A stretch of 63,162 bases of DNA, filler included, from Aduncisulcus paluster (lineage: Eukaryota): NCBI GenBank assembly GCA_024181965.1. It is 29 parts of 29 records of this genome, joined end to end, with 100 filler letters (N's around TTAATTAATTAA, not from the genome) between each part and the next. Parts side by side here need not be neighbours in the genome. Positions count along the whole stretch, not along the records: positions 10,121 to 16,629 come from BQXS01012190.1; positions 16,730 to 18,005 come from BQXS01012191.1; positions 18,106 to 19,577 come from BQXS01012192.1; positions 19,678 to 20,715 come from BQXS01012193.1; 25 more parts are not named here. The stretch is one strand, 5' to 3'. Made by a program: the position numbers and the translations under genes. Of the stretch, positions 10,121-20,815 are shown piece by piece (the stretch's first letter is position 1; every line of letters starts with the position of its first letter). Below the pieces are notes generated by a model that was not told the DNA's origin, did not search any database, and worked only from the letters and a program-made list of their open reading frames with translations.

Positions 10121-11341
10121 ATTCTCCTCTTTGGAGATTCTTCACCTTCCTTGTCAGGGATCAGCTTCAATGATTTTAGAGCGTTCTTTCCGAATTCGAC
10201 AAGGCGAGAACAACAATCTGCTGCTCCATTCTCTTCTCCCTTCACGTGGTGTACGGAAAATGAGAATTCTTGGATCCTTAGCCACCACCGAGTAATCTTG
10301 GCATTCGGTGACCTTTGCACAAAGGTGAGATTACGATGATCTGTAAATAAATCGAAATGTCTCCCTTTTAAGAACCTCTCAAACTGAGTGATAGCAAATA
10401 CGATCGCCCAACACTCTTTCTCGGTTACTGACCACCTTCTCTGGACTGATGTAAGTGTCTTGGATATAAAAGAGACGACAGATCTGTTTTCATCTTCTCC
10501 CTGCACCAAAACAGCTCCAATTCCCACATCCGAGGCATCCGTGAACAGAGACAGCTTCGTTTCCTCTTCTGGAAAGGATAAGGTAGGAGATTCCTTCAAT
10601 CAGAGCTCACACTTCGGGGATCAGAATGACGTTTGAATGGCGTGGAACAATAACGCTGGAATTCTTCAATTCCTTCCTTAACGAGAGCTTGTTGTTGAAA
10701 AATCATAGCAGTAAGCTCGGAAAGAGATGGATTCTCGGATCCATCAAGAGCAGCTTCACAGCGAATCTTAAAATCTGGGTTTTTTATCCCATCAAGGAAA
10801 TACTTCTTTAGCAAGGAGTCAGAAGGTTTTTCCTCATCAGAAACGCGGCGTAACGTCTTCCTAAAAGCCTTCACATACTTGGCTACATCCTTTTCGGACA
10901 CAAACTTCAGCTCAAGTTTGTCGAATCGATATAATGCGTCCAAACCAGATAACGAACCGAAATGAGACTCAACTTTCTTCAGAAAAGTTTCTTCTTGGGC
11001 GGCAATTTCCTTCTCTTCCGCTTCATCAGGGTCAGAAGGGGGCACGGTTAATACGGCACCAGAAACATCGCAATACAATGGTAAAGTATCGAGATCAATA
11101 AGCGTAAACAATCTGGCACGACCATTACGAGCACGATATTGCTCAAACTGACCAACAAAGTTGGCGAAATAGCGACTACCATAACGGTCTAAAAACGGGG
11201 GTTTAAAATCTTTGAGATCCATAATAACGCGTATTTTGATCAAAATGTAACGGATATAGATTTAAAAACTTATAACCTAAGCAAGTTTATTAGAAATATT
11301 AACATCCAATGGTTCTATAAATAGAACTGAGAACCATTACA
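10121..11341 (-). mobile_element. Internally deleted Ty3/Gypsy element: 5' LTR, gag, then RNase H directly
   Basis: gag-like ORF 11222-10596 abuts RT-connection/RNase H (TDASDVG, TEKE, TDH, ADCCSR) with no protease or RT core between. Confidence 0.75.
11246..11341 (-). repeat. Candidate 96-bp 5' LTR
   Basis: TGTAATGG...CCGTTACA termini (7/8 inverted match); internal CTATTTATAG box and AATAAA; ends about 24 nt before gag ATG; partner LTR not in contig. Confidence 0.6.
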
Positions 11342-11374
11342 ATATCCATATTATCACTTCTAAAATAATTATTT

Positions 11375-11546
11375 TGTGGTAATAATAAATCTGTGAACTC
11401 GGAACGTCAAGAACTTTACTTGTAAGATAAAAGGAACGAACAACTAAAAATAGTATAACTTGATGAAGGCAACATTGTTAACGACTATAAAATAAGTCGG
11501 GCTAGCAAATTTATTATATTTTCTTGCAGCTAAATCAATCACGACA
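11375..11546 (-). repeat. Candidate 172-bp 3' LTR with upstream PPT
   Basis: Purine tract GAGGGAGCGA then TGTCGTGAT...ATTACCACA (7/9 inverted match); CTATTTTTAG box at 11444-11453; downstream of pol. Confidence 0.6.
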
Positions 11547-11713
11547 TCGCTCCCTCGACCCTGTATTTCCACAACCAGGGTCGAACCATTTAAGATTAAA
11601 GAAAAGAATGTTACAGGAGCAGATAGAATAGAAATAATAAAATAATCATAACGAATGTAAAATCAAATTCTGATTGAATTATTTTACAATGTAAAGAAAT
11701 AAAACTTATAGGA

Positions 11714-14602
11714 TTAAGCAGATTTTTGAAACTCTTTGAATGCCAAAGAAGATTCAATTTCCTTCTTACACACAAAAGTCGTTTTATCCTCTGGGAGACC
11801 ATACCACTGTACTTCGTATTTCTCATTTCTCCCACGGCCTTTTTTACCAATAATCTTTTTCGGAAGCCTTCTGCCCACATCTTGAGCTAAGCTATTCATG
11901 GCTTTATCAAGGTCAATATCTATACCCAGAATCTTTATATCATCTATATGACAATATCGCCTCGCTCCCAAAAGACTTCTGATTGCATATTCAACATCAG
12001 AGGTCTTTTCAATAACCTGATATGGCCCTTCCCAAGGGAATTCCAACTTCTTAGGTTCAGGGTATCTCTTAATTAGCACATAAGTACCAGGAGAAATGTC
12101 TGGGACCTCACTCGCCTTCTTCTCCACACTCAAATGGCGTTTGGAGCGTTCTATGATTTCAGCAATGTTGTCTGTGAGGTTCTTGACATACTTGTCAACA
12201 TTTAGATGGGAGGCTGGGAGTTCAGACTTAGATGATTCACGATCAACAGACCAATCTTTCAACAAGGATGTTGTGTCCCGCTTTCCAAAAAGAAGTTCTG
12301 CTGGAGCATGAGAGGTGACAGAGTGTCTAGTGTGATTTATGACATTTGCTATAATAGGCAATGCAACATGCCAATTGGGTTTGTCTAAGATGTCATGAAC
12401 GAGAGCATATAAATGTCTTTTTACCTCTCTATTTACACGCTCCACCGCACCATTAGACTGAGAGTGTGCTGGTGTTGTTACATGATGTCTAACTCCAAAC
12501 GTGTCCCATAAATGATCTGTCAAATAACACGAAAATTGCTTTCCACCATCTGAGATAATGTTCTTGGGGACTCCGAATCTGGCTACTACACGTTCCATTA
12601 TTGCATCACATGCTTCCTGTGCTTCAAGTGTCTTGGCTGGAAAGAGTTCTGTCCAACGAGAAAACCTGTCTACAATGACAATAATGTATTTGATTCCTGT
12701 GGCCGATTCCGGGAAAGGCCCCATGGTATCAACACATATTGTATGAAATGGTTGTTCCATCTCTGAACGGAATCTCGTCACTCGCTTTTTGGGTGCACCT
12801 TTAATCTTCTGGCACGTTACACAGGCAGGGATCCAATCTCTTAAGTCTGTTGCTATAGATGCCCAGGTCAGGTCATTGTCCTGTATCTTGAACTGTGTCA
12901 GAGCAGCGCCATGGTGACCCACCGTACCATTATGGAATCTATTAAAGATCATTTTCTTCAGTTCCACAGCAGCTTTTGGTATCACTTTTCTCTCATGTTT
13001 GTCAACTAAGAAACCATCCAATTCTTCATAAGCCTCTTTTTCCTCTATGGAGAATAGAGATTGAGCAGCCTCTATCTTCTTCCATAAATCCGTCAAATCC
13101 AAGATAAGGCGTTTCGAAGTACTTTCAGACCCAAATCCGATTCTACTCAGGCCATCTGCCACCACATTTGCTGTGCCTGGGATATGAACAATGTCAAAAT
13201 CAAAGTCGAAAAGGTAAGTCCACCATCTCTGGACTTTTCTGCTTTTTGCTCTGTGCATCCAGCGAAGATTAGCATGATCTGTGTGAATGGTGAACTTCGT
13301 TCCCCTCAAGTAATGTTCACATCTTTGAACACAGTACCATAGAGCATACGCTTCCTTTTCATTTGTTGTCCATCTTTGTTCTCTTTCAGATAGAACTTTG
13401 CTGATGAATAGAATGGGTTCGTAAATCTTGTCCGCTCCTCGTTGTAGTAGGACCCCTCCAACTGCTAAATCACTGGCGTCCGATTGCAGCACAATCTCTT
13501 TATCATAATCTATGTAGTGCAATAAGGTTCGTTTAGATATTTCCTCGATTACAGCCTCAAACAATGTCTGTAAATCTTCATTCCATACAAAGGGGAATCC
13601 TTTACGTGTCAACTTTTGAATTGGTGCAATGATAGTCGCATAATTGGGAACAAAAGAACGAAAGAAATTGAACAATCCCAGAACACTCCTTACTTGTGAC
13701 TTGTCTGAAGGAGGTTTTAATGCTTTAAGATCAGCAACTCTGGAAGGGGCAGGAGTAATTCCAACCTTAGATACCTCACGGCCTAAGAATTCCAGTTTCT
13801 CATACCCAAGGACACATTTTGATGCTTTTGCACGGAGATTAAGGTCCTCAAAGCGTTGAAGTACTTTATCTAAGTTGTCACAAAATTCATCAATGTCTCG
13901 ACCCTTAATAATGATGTCATCCACAAATATATCACAAACCGATGGGATAAGGTCAGAAAATGAGCTCACCATTGCCTGCTGAAAGTGGGCTGCCGCGTTA
14001 CGTGCCCCAAAAGGCATTCGAGTGTATTGGAATACACCATATTTTGTTGTAAAAGCCAGGAATTTTCTCGAATCTTTCTCAACAACAATCTGGTGAAACC
14101 CCGAACGGGCATCAATCTTTCCGAATATTGTGTTTCCAGATAGGGAATCCAAGAGTTCCGTAATGATGGGTAGTGGATACTGTAAAGGAACTGTGTGCCG
14201 ATTTAATGGAATGTAATTTATACACATACGCACCCCGCCATCGGGCCTATCCACAAATGTGGGAGAACATACGTATGGCGAAGATTCCCGAATAAGAATA
14301 CCATCTTCCAGTCCCTTGGTAATATTTTCACGGAGAACTTTATCATCTTGAGGAGAAAATCGACGTGGCTTTACAGACCAAATGGCCCTAGGATTTGTGA
14401 GGGTGATTGAGAATTGAGGGAGTTTAGAGCCTTCCTTGGGCAGTTTCTCAGCAAATACAGACTTGTGAGAATCCACGATATCAAGAATTTTGTCTTGATA
14501 TTCCGAGTTTACATTAATAGACTCATTGCTTTCCTTGAGGGGTGTCACAATCTCCTTGGAAACATCGCTCGAAGTGATTTTCCTGGCCTTCTTCGCCAAC
14601 AA
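11714..14602 (-). CDS. pol: Ty3/Gypsy (chromovirus-type) Pol: RT-RNase H-integrase-chromodomain; gag/protease missing
   Basis: RMPFG, FVDD, DASD, HHCC zinc finger, DD35E core, GPY, C-terminal YEVQWYG chromodomain. Confidence 0.95.
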   Translation of the reverse strand: MLAKKARKITSSDVSKEIVTPLKESNESINVNSEYQDKILDIVDSHKSVFAEKLPKEGSKLPQFSITLTNPRAIWSVKPRRFSPQDDKVLRENITKGLEDGILIRESSPYVCSPTFVDRPDGGVRMCINYIPLNRHTVPLQYPLPIITELLDSLSGNTIFGKIDARSGFHQIVVEKDSRKFLAFTTKYGVFQYTRMPFGARNAAAHFQQAMVSSFSDLIPSVCDIFVDDIIIKGRDIDEFCDNLDKVLQRFEDLNLRAKASKCVLGYEKLEFLGREVSKVGITPAPSRVADLKALKPPSDKSQVRSVLGLFNFFRSFVPNYATIIAPIQKLTRKGFPFVWNEDLQTLFEAVIEEISKRTLLHYIDYDKEIVLQSDASDLAVGGVLLQRGADKIYEPILFISKVLSEREQRWTTNEKEAYALWYCVQRCEHYLRGTKFTIHTDHANLRWMHRAKSRKVQRWWTYLFDFDFDIVHIPGTANVVADGLSRIGFGSESTSKRLILDLTDLWKKIEAAQSLFSIEEKEAYEELDGFLVDKHERKVIPKAAVELKKMIFNRFHNGTVGHHGAALTQFKIQDNDLTWASIATDLRDWIPACVTCQKIKGAPKKRVTRFRSEMEQPFHTICVDTMGPFPESATGIKYIIVIVDRFSRWTELFPAKTLEAQEACDAIMERVVARFGVPKNIISDGGKQFSCYLTDHLWDTFGVRHHVTTPAHSQSNGAVERVNREVKRHLYALVHDILDKPNWHVALPIIANVINHTRHSVTSHAPAELLFGKRDTTSLLKDWSVDRESSKSELPASHLNVDKYVKNLTDNIAEIIERSKRHLSVEKKASEVPDISPGTYVLIKRYPEPKKLEFPWEGPYQVIEKTSDVEYAIRSLLGARRYCHIDDIKILGIDIDLDKAMNSLAQDVGRRLPKKIIGKKGRGRNEKYEVQWYGLPEDKTTFVCKKEIESSLAFKEFQKSA

Positions 14603-14610
14603 GGATTACA

Positions 14611-15856
14611 TTGTATTCATCGATACCGACAATACGTGATCTCGTACATGTGTCGCGGCTGCGGTTTGGTGACATTCTGATGATGGCTGCTCTTGCCAAC
14701 CAATTTATATACGAAGCACAGCTTGCAGAAAATGAAGCTGATGCAAACAAGGTTATTGTAATGTATAAACAATTTATGAGCATTCTATCACCTCTAGCGG
14801 TGAAATGTGGTGTCATGAGCTCAACACTTCCGATAAGAAAGATCAAGACTCATATGTTATTGCATATGACAGAGTGGATCAAAGATGGCGGACCNNNNNN
14901 NNNNNNNNNNNNNNTCGCGGCTGCGGTTTGGTGACATTCTGATGATGGCTGCTCTTGCCAACCAATTTATATACGAAGCACAGCTTGCAGAAAATGAAGC
15001 TGATGCAAACAAGGTTATTGTAATGTATAAACAATTTATGAGCATTCTATCACCTCTCGCGGTGAAATGTGGTGTCATGAGCTCAACACTTCCGATAAGA
15101 AAGATCAAGACTCATATGTTATTGCATATGACAGAGTGGATCAAAGATGGCGGACCGCTTTATAACTACTCGGCTGAAGCAGGAGAACGGACGAATTCAA
15201 CACTGTATCGAACCTACTAGGTTAACGGTAGTACCGTTATATTAGAAATCAAGGGAGTCGTTCTCACACCCTTGCTGCTCTATCGTTGCCATTTTTGCTC
15301 CCAAAAGAGGATATAATGCCAGGTTCTATTAATTTCAAAAAGGGAAGCTATTATTTCTATGAAATTGATGAACCCGATGATGGCATTGTTATGTTTTCAT
15401 CTCACTGTGAAGATAGAAAATACATCAATGGGGTATCATATAAGTATTATATCCCCGCATCAATTGGAAACAGAGAATATAGATGTAATCTGTTCTATGT
15501 GTACAAATATGAAGGAGCTAAAGTAGTCGATAAATCCAAAATAGACCGAAAAGTCTGCTGCTGTACTGCAAGCGAGCTCAATTATACTTCAATACCTGGA
15601 AATTATTTAATTGCCCCATTAAGAAAGTTGTAATAAATTTTTAGTAACCAAATGTTTGTACAGTATTGTATAATATTAATTGTTGTTGGACATAAGTCAA
15701 ACATCATGGCTGGACATAAGTCAAACTTTATTGTTGAACATAGGTCAAACTTTATTGTTGAACATAGGTCAAACACTTCGTTGGACATATGTCAGACATA
15801 AAAAAGAGGCCATTTTATGTCCAACATATGTCCAACATAAAATCATATTCGTTGTG
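14611..15856 (+). mobile_element. Right part of a CMC/CACTA-like DNA transposon (degraded transposase, subterminal repeats, ...GTG end)
   Basis: KTHMLLHMTEWIKDGGPLYNYSAEAGERTN matches the HxxxH...GP...ERxN motif; repeats at 15684-15840; terminus CGTTGTG at 15856 abuts an interrupted integrase. Confidence 0.7.
15684..15840. repeat. Subterminal repeat array, ~24-bp units with core TGRACATARGTCAAAC, last copies inverted
   Basis: About five direct copies then inverted TATGTCCAACATA copies. Confidence 0.85.
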
Positions 15857-16629
15857 AAGTAACCGGGAACTTTTGAAATATTTGAGAAATTTTATTACGG
15901 AGAGATCTATTGAGACAGAGGAATGGAGTAAGGGCATTCCAATTGTACAATACTTAATGAACACCCAGACTCACTCATTATTGGGAACCTCACCGTTACC
16001 ATTAGAGATGATTTATTCTCAGTAATACATACGAAATATGAAATTGAAAAGCCGATTGGGTCTGCAAAAGCTCGGCGGAATGCTGAGGGATATGTAGAAC
16101 TACTAAGAGACAAAATGAAAAAGGTTTATGATGCAGCTGTAAAGCTTCAAAAAGATAAAGACAAAAAGACTAAAGATAAGAAGATGATTGAAGAAGGGCA
16201 ATACGTTTGGCTCACACCTTTGAGCAGCAAGTCAAAGAAAAAACTGAAAGGAAGGATATTGGGACCTTTTTTATTGGAAAAAGTCCTTCCGAAGTTCGTA
16301 TGCCGCATTAGAAACATAGTCACGAAGGAAGAGCAAATTGTACACATTCGAAGATTAAGAGAAGTGAAAGGAGAGCATAAAGAAGAAGATTTGTTAAATA
16401 TGGTAGCGTTGGATGAAGATGAGTATCTTATCGAATGCATAACGGACCATAGAGGAGACAGGTTGGAAACTTTAGAGTTCAAAGTGTCATGGGCAGGATA
16501 TGACGAGTCAGAAGATACATGGGAAAGTGTAGAAGAAGTCAAATCCTCTACTGCCTTAAGTAGTTACCTGGAGAACAATCCAGAATTAAAGGAAATCATT
16601 GGAAATTATGGAGCTGATGATGATGACCT
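15857..16629 (+). pseudogene. Gypsy integrase C-terminus plus chromodomain, disrupted
   Basis: SNRELLKYL...W...PIVQYLMN...HS..GTSP from 15858; stop and frameshift near 16024; then GPF and EYLIECITDHR...FKVSWAGYDESEDTWE. Confidence 0.85.
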
Positions 16630-16832
16630 NNNNNNNNNNNNNNNNNNNNNNNNNNNNNNNNNNNNNNNNNNNNTTAATTAATTAANNNNNNNNNNNNNNN
16701 NNNNNNNNNNNNNNNNNNNNNNNNNNNNNCGGGGTTGTGGCCTGATGGAAATATAATATCTAGGTGTATGAAGAATCTAACCCATTTTGATCAGGATACA
16801 GAGTGATAAGTGATCATGTGTCGAGATTCCCT

Positions 16833-17161
16833 GTGGTGTAATGTTTATTTGGTATGGCTGTGTATAATAGTGTCTTTTCTCTGATGGTTCGTGTGAGTGC
16901 TTGCAGGCAACCCCTCAGAAAGTAAGGGGTGAGTGTGGTGACCATCTTGTTTTCGTGAATCTCTAACATATTATTATTTATTATTTTGTTTTATTAATAT
17001 TATTTCTATTTTATTATTATTTATGTTCTTAATTTATTATATTTATTATGTTCCAACTTAGTCAATATTCTATTTTTAGATAATCTTGATTCTTCGTATA
17101 ACTCAGTAAATTGTCTTCAAGCTTAGATTAAATTCCTTTCGGAAGCCTACTTGATACCACA
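16833..17161 (+). repeat. Possible LTR (start uncertain, 16736 or 16833)
   Basis: TGTGG...ATACCACA termini; CTATTTTTAG at 17070-17079 and AGTAAA arranged as in the other LTR candidates. Confidence 0.35.
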
Positions 17162-18105
17162 ATTGATGATTTAAGTATATTTCCCACCCAGAATCCATAG
17201 TCATAGCAGTTTTCATGATCGATATAATACCAAATACATATACAGCATATATCTAATACTCATTCAATTGAAGTGAATGAGTTTTCACTAACGTGAAGAG
17301 GTCTTATTGTTTGCCAAACTTCAAAAAAAGCCCTGCTCGCGCTCGTGCTCGCGTAGCCGAACTACCGTCCTTCGTCAAAGAAGCCTTCCCAGCCCAACAC
17401 AAATATTATAGTAATAGCACTCAAAAATTGGAAGAATGTTTCGATGACAAATAAAGACGAAGAGTGGGATTCTATTGTGTAGAAATGACTCATTGCTAGC
17501 AAAAACTAAAAAAAATGTAAAGGTAGACCGATATTTTTTGAAAATTGTTTGAAGAAAATTTACAAGAAAATTTTCATTTTTCCGTAACACCTCGGAAGAT
17601 GCTATACCCCAAGTAATAACACATATATAAATATATAAATATGTATACAAATGTTATTCATACTTTATAGCTGGGATATTGCTTTATTCATCCTTGAAGC
17701 AGGACATTTTATAGTATGCCAAGTATATCTATACATATAAACGCATCATGCGTTATTATGATAATACCGCCCAAAGGGATATCCGGAAGAGTTAATGCAG
17801 TTACTGTGGGTGATCTCGGGTACACTTCATTCGACAAAGACAAGCTAATTGTGCCTGTTCGTAGTGGCATTTGATTGTTTCATTTACTAATAATAATAAA
17901 TCCTTTGGTCATTTTCATGTGTTATGTGTTGTTGGCTGATGTATATGGAAATGAACAAATATTCTGTATTGCGGATAAAACATCGTTACCCCAAATAATA
18001 ATAGCNNNNNNNNNNNNNNNNNNNNNNNNNNNNNNNNNNNNNNNNNNNNTTAATTAATTAANNNNNNNNNNNNNNNNNNNNNNNNNNNNNNNNNNNNNNN
18101 NNNNN

Positions 18106-19577
18106 AACGTAACCAAGGAACTCAGTTGGTACAGCAAGGAAATGTCCGTGAGACTGTTGCCAGATAATGAAAGTGTCGTCAGCAAGGACAGACCAGCAAT
18201 TGAGAACAGATCCCAATCTGTCAGCCCAATGCTGTTGGCATTCAATATCTCAAGGGCAGTGAAGTCAGAAAGCAAAGATATGTCGGAGATACTCAGACCT
18301 TCAATGGACAAGCTCATCAAATCGGTGGGTACCGACGACAGTTCTGTGATGGACGTACACCCACTGATGTCAAGTGATAGCAGAGACGAAGGGAACACGT
18401 CAGAGGACGAGATCGTGAAGGCCGTGTTATCAACAATAGAGAGTGTTTCAAGGGAAGAGAATACCGAAAATACTGAATCAGCTTCAAGATTTACATTTTC
18501 AAAACTGATTGTTACGAGTGAGAGTGGAAGGTATGATAACTCATCATTGCCAATAGCAATTGAATCTGATGAAACTCCAGCGATTGATATATCAATCAGA
18601 TTAACAGCGAATTGAAGACCTTCAAATGTTGATACGTTTGACACACTGATGGAAGAGATGGTTTCCATATCCGATATGGTTAGTTCATTACAATTAGATT
18701 CTTGTGCTGGAATAACAGATTCACATAATATGCTACGAATATTTGGATCAGGAATGTTGACATATTCACAAGACTCGCCATGGAATCCGAATGAACAACC
18801 ACAAGTAACATAAGAATCGGCTTCATTGAGAACTGATACAAAGATTTCTTTACGCTCACAAACCTGGCAACGAACTGAATTATCTTCAGTGATAGAAACA
18901 TCAGAAATACAAGTTTCACCATCAGAGTCAATAGAATATCCAGTTGGACAAGCTTTCACACAAGTATCCGTTTCCTTATCGAGATAATATCCATTCCAGC
19001 ACTCAACCTGATAATGACCATCAGACCTCCTTCTACAAGTTCTATGTTCAGAAAATGCGATTGCAGAGGATGATAAGGAATTGAAACCACAAGCACATGA
19101 ATTTTGATCATTTATAGTGAGAGTAGAGAGAGTGGAAATTGAAGAGGTTAGAGCGCTACTCACATTATCAACATCACAAATGTAGTTACCACTAATATCT
19201 AGAGTTGTGAGGGTGTCAGCAGGGAAGATATCATCAGAAATGAATAAAGACACATCGGAGATAGAGTTGTCAGAGAGATCAAGAGTGGAGAGCATAAATG
19301 GTTGTGTTAACGAATCAGCAGAAGCAATCGGAGTCAGATCCAACACATCACTTATATATTTCAACCCGCACCCACTAGCAGACAAGGATGTAAGACCAAT
19401 ATCAACAGAAACACTATTTCTATTTGAAAAAGTATCACCTTTAGCAAGGATCTGAACAACGATCTGATCATATTCAGAAACATCACTATCTCCACTCAGA
19501 TCATATCCATCGAGATTTAAGGCTGTCAGACCAACAACATTACCATCTGTATCAAGACCTTGAGTGTATTCAAGACC
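18106..19577 (-). CDS. LRR plus Cys-rich/EGF-like surface protein (partial)
   Basis: LxxLDLSxNxI repeats alternating with CWNGYYL...C and CGCSFGFHGESC modules. Confidence 0.85.
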
Positions 19578-19677
19578 NNNNNNNNNNNNNNNNNNNNNNN
19601 NNNNNNNNNNNNNNNNNNNNNTTAATTAATTAANNNNNNNNNNNNNNNNNNNNNNNNNNNNNNNNNNNNNNNNNNNN

Positions 19678-20715
19678 GTGCTCAAGGCAATCATACCAAC
19701 ACGAGTTTCATGCTTCTTATAAACCTTCTTGTGCGCTTTAACAAATGTGTGTGTCTTTCCGGAACCAGACACTTGGCTGTAGGAAATAAACAAAAGATTC
19801 TCATCTACGCGTGCCTGGTTTAGTAGCTCCAAAAGTTGGACGGCTTCCACAGATCCGCTTGTATCACTACACTTCAAATCGATAGAAAAGGTTCTTCCGA
19901 TCTCCAACTCCAATTTTGACAGGTCGTTAACAGGTTTTTTCTCTTCTTCTTTGTCCACTTTTGAGCCATCATCAGGGTGTGATTTCGAGAACAAACTAAT
20001 ATCAAATGTAGGCTCCTCCAAGGAGAACTCTAAGTTAAGGTTCGACGTGACTTTGTTATATTTGGCGAAATCTGCAATCAAACTGTCCAGCTTGACAGTA
20101 GATAATTCTCGTAACGTGGATATGTCTCTATTTTGGTCCATAAATTCAGAAATAGTATTCGAGAGTAAACCAATTAAATTAAATGGTGAAGAATAAGCGT
20201 TGACCAACTCTATCTTCTTTTTTTGCGCACATTGCCCCATTTTGCCAACATAACAAATATATAATTCGTCACATGTATCCTTCAAATCTTTCAAAGAATA
20301 ATCCAGACTAATACGATACTTCTCGGTCTGTGGTTCTGAAAATAAATCACCTAAAGCTTTCTTACTTTGGAAACTAGCATTTACAGAGGGTTGAGAAAAT
20401 TGTTGGCCAATTTGACTAGAAGAAGGACGTTTTTTATCCCGTATATCATATGCTTTAGCTTGTGATTTATCAATATGCATCCCAGAACGTCTTTTCCCAA
20501 TCTTCTGCTCTTGATGATCTTCAACCCGATCACCTTCACCTTCATCTGCATGTTGGGCTTCTTTTTGTAATATTTGTAATCGTTCATCCTAAGGCATTGC
20601 AAAAATATATTAAAAATAAAGAGAAAGAAGTTAAACAATTCTAAAAGGTAGAAAAGACAACATACCTCCTTGTCAAAGGTATCTTCAAGATCTTCTGAAC
20701 TCCAGGCATCACGAT
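19678..20715 (-). CDS. P-loop NTPase-containing protein (partial) with a 77-nt intron at 20589-20665
   Basis: Walker A-like QVSGSGKT; removing GTATGT...CTTAG joins EDTFDKE to DERLQ in frame with the 20480 ORF. Confidence 0.65.
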
Positions 20716-20815
20716 NNNNNNNNNNNNNNNNNNNNNNNNNNNNNNNNNNNNNNNNNNNNTTAATTAATTAANNNNNNNNNNNNNNNNNNNNNNNNNNNNN
20801 NNNNNNNNNNNNNNN

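Noticed and set aside
14653..15156. Tandem duplications flanking 20-N gaps (also 35718-36355 and 54150-54731)
   Set aside because: Near-identical 240-310 bp overlaps either side of scaffold gaps are unmerged contig ends; one synonymous SNP suggests alleles or repeat copies
15221..15245. 25-nt GT..AG mini-intron containing the hairpin TAACGGTA-G-TACCGTTA
   Set aside because: Removing it leaves the TAG stop and does not restore the downstream frame
15684..15840. CRISPR array
   Set aside because: Spacers are only a few nt and partly identical, no cas genes, eukaryotic context; better explained as transposon subterminal repeats
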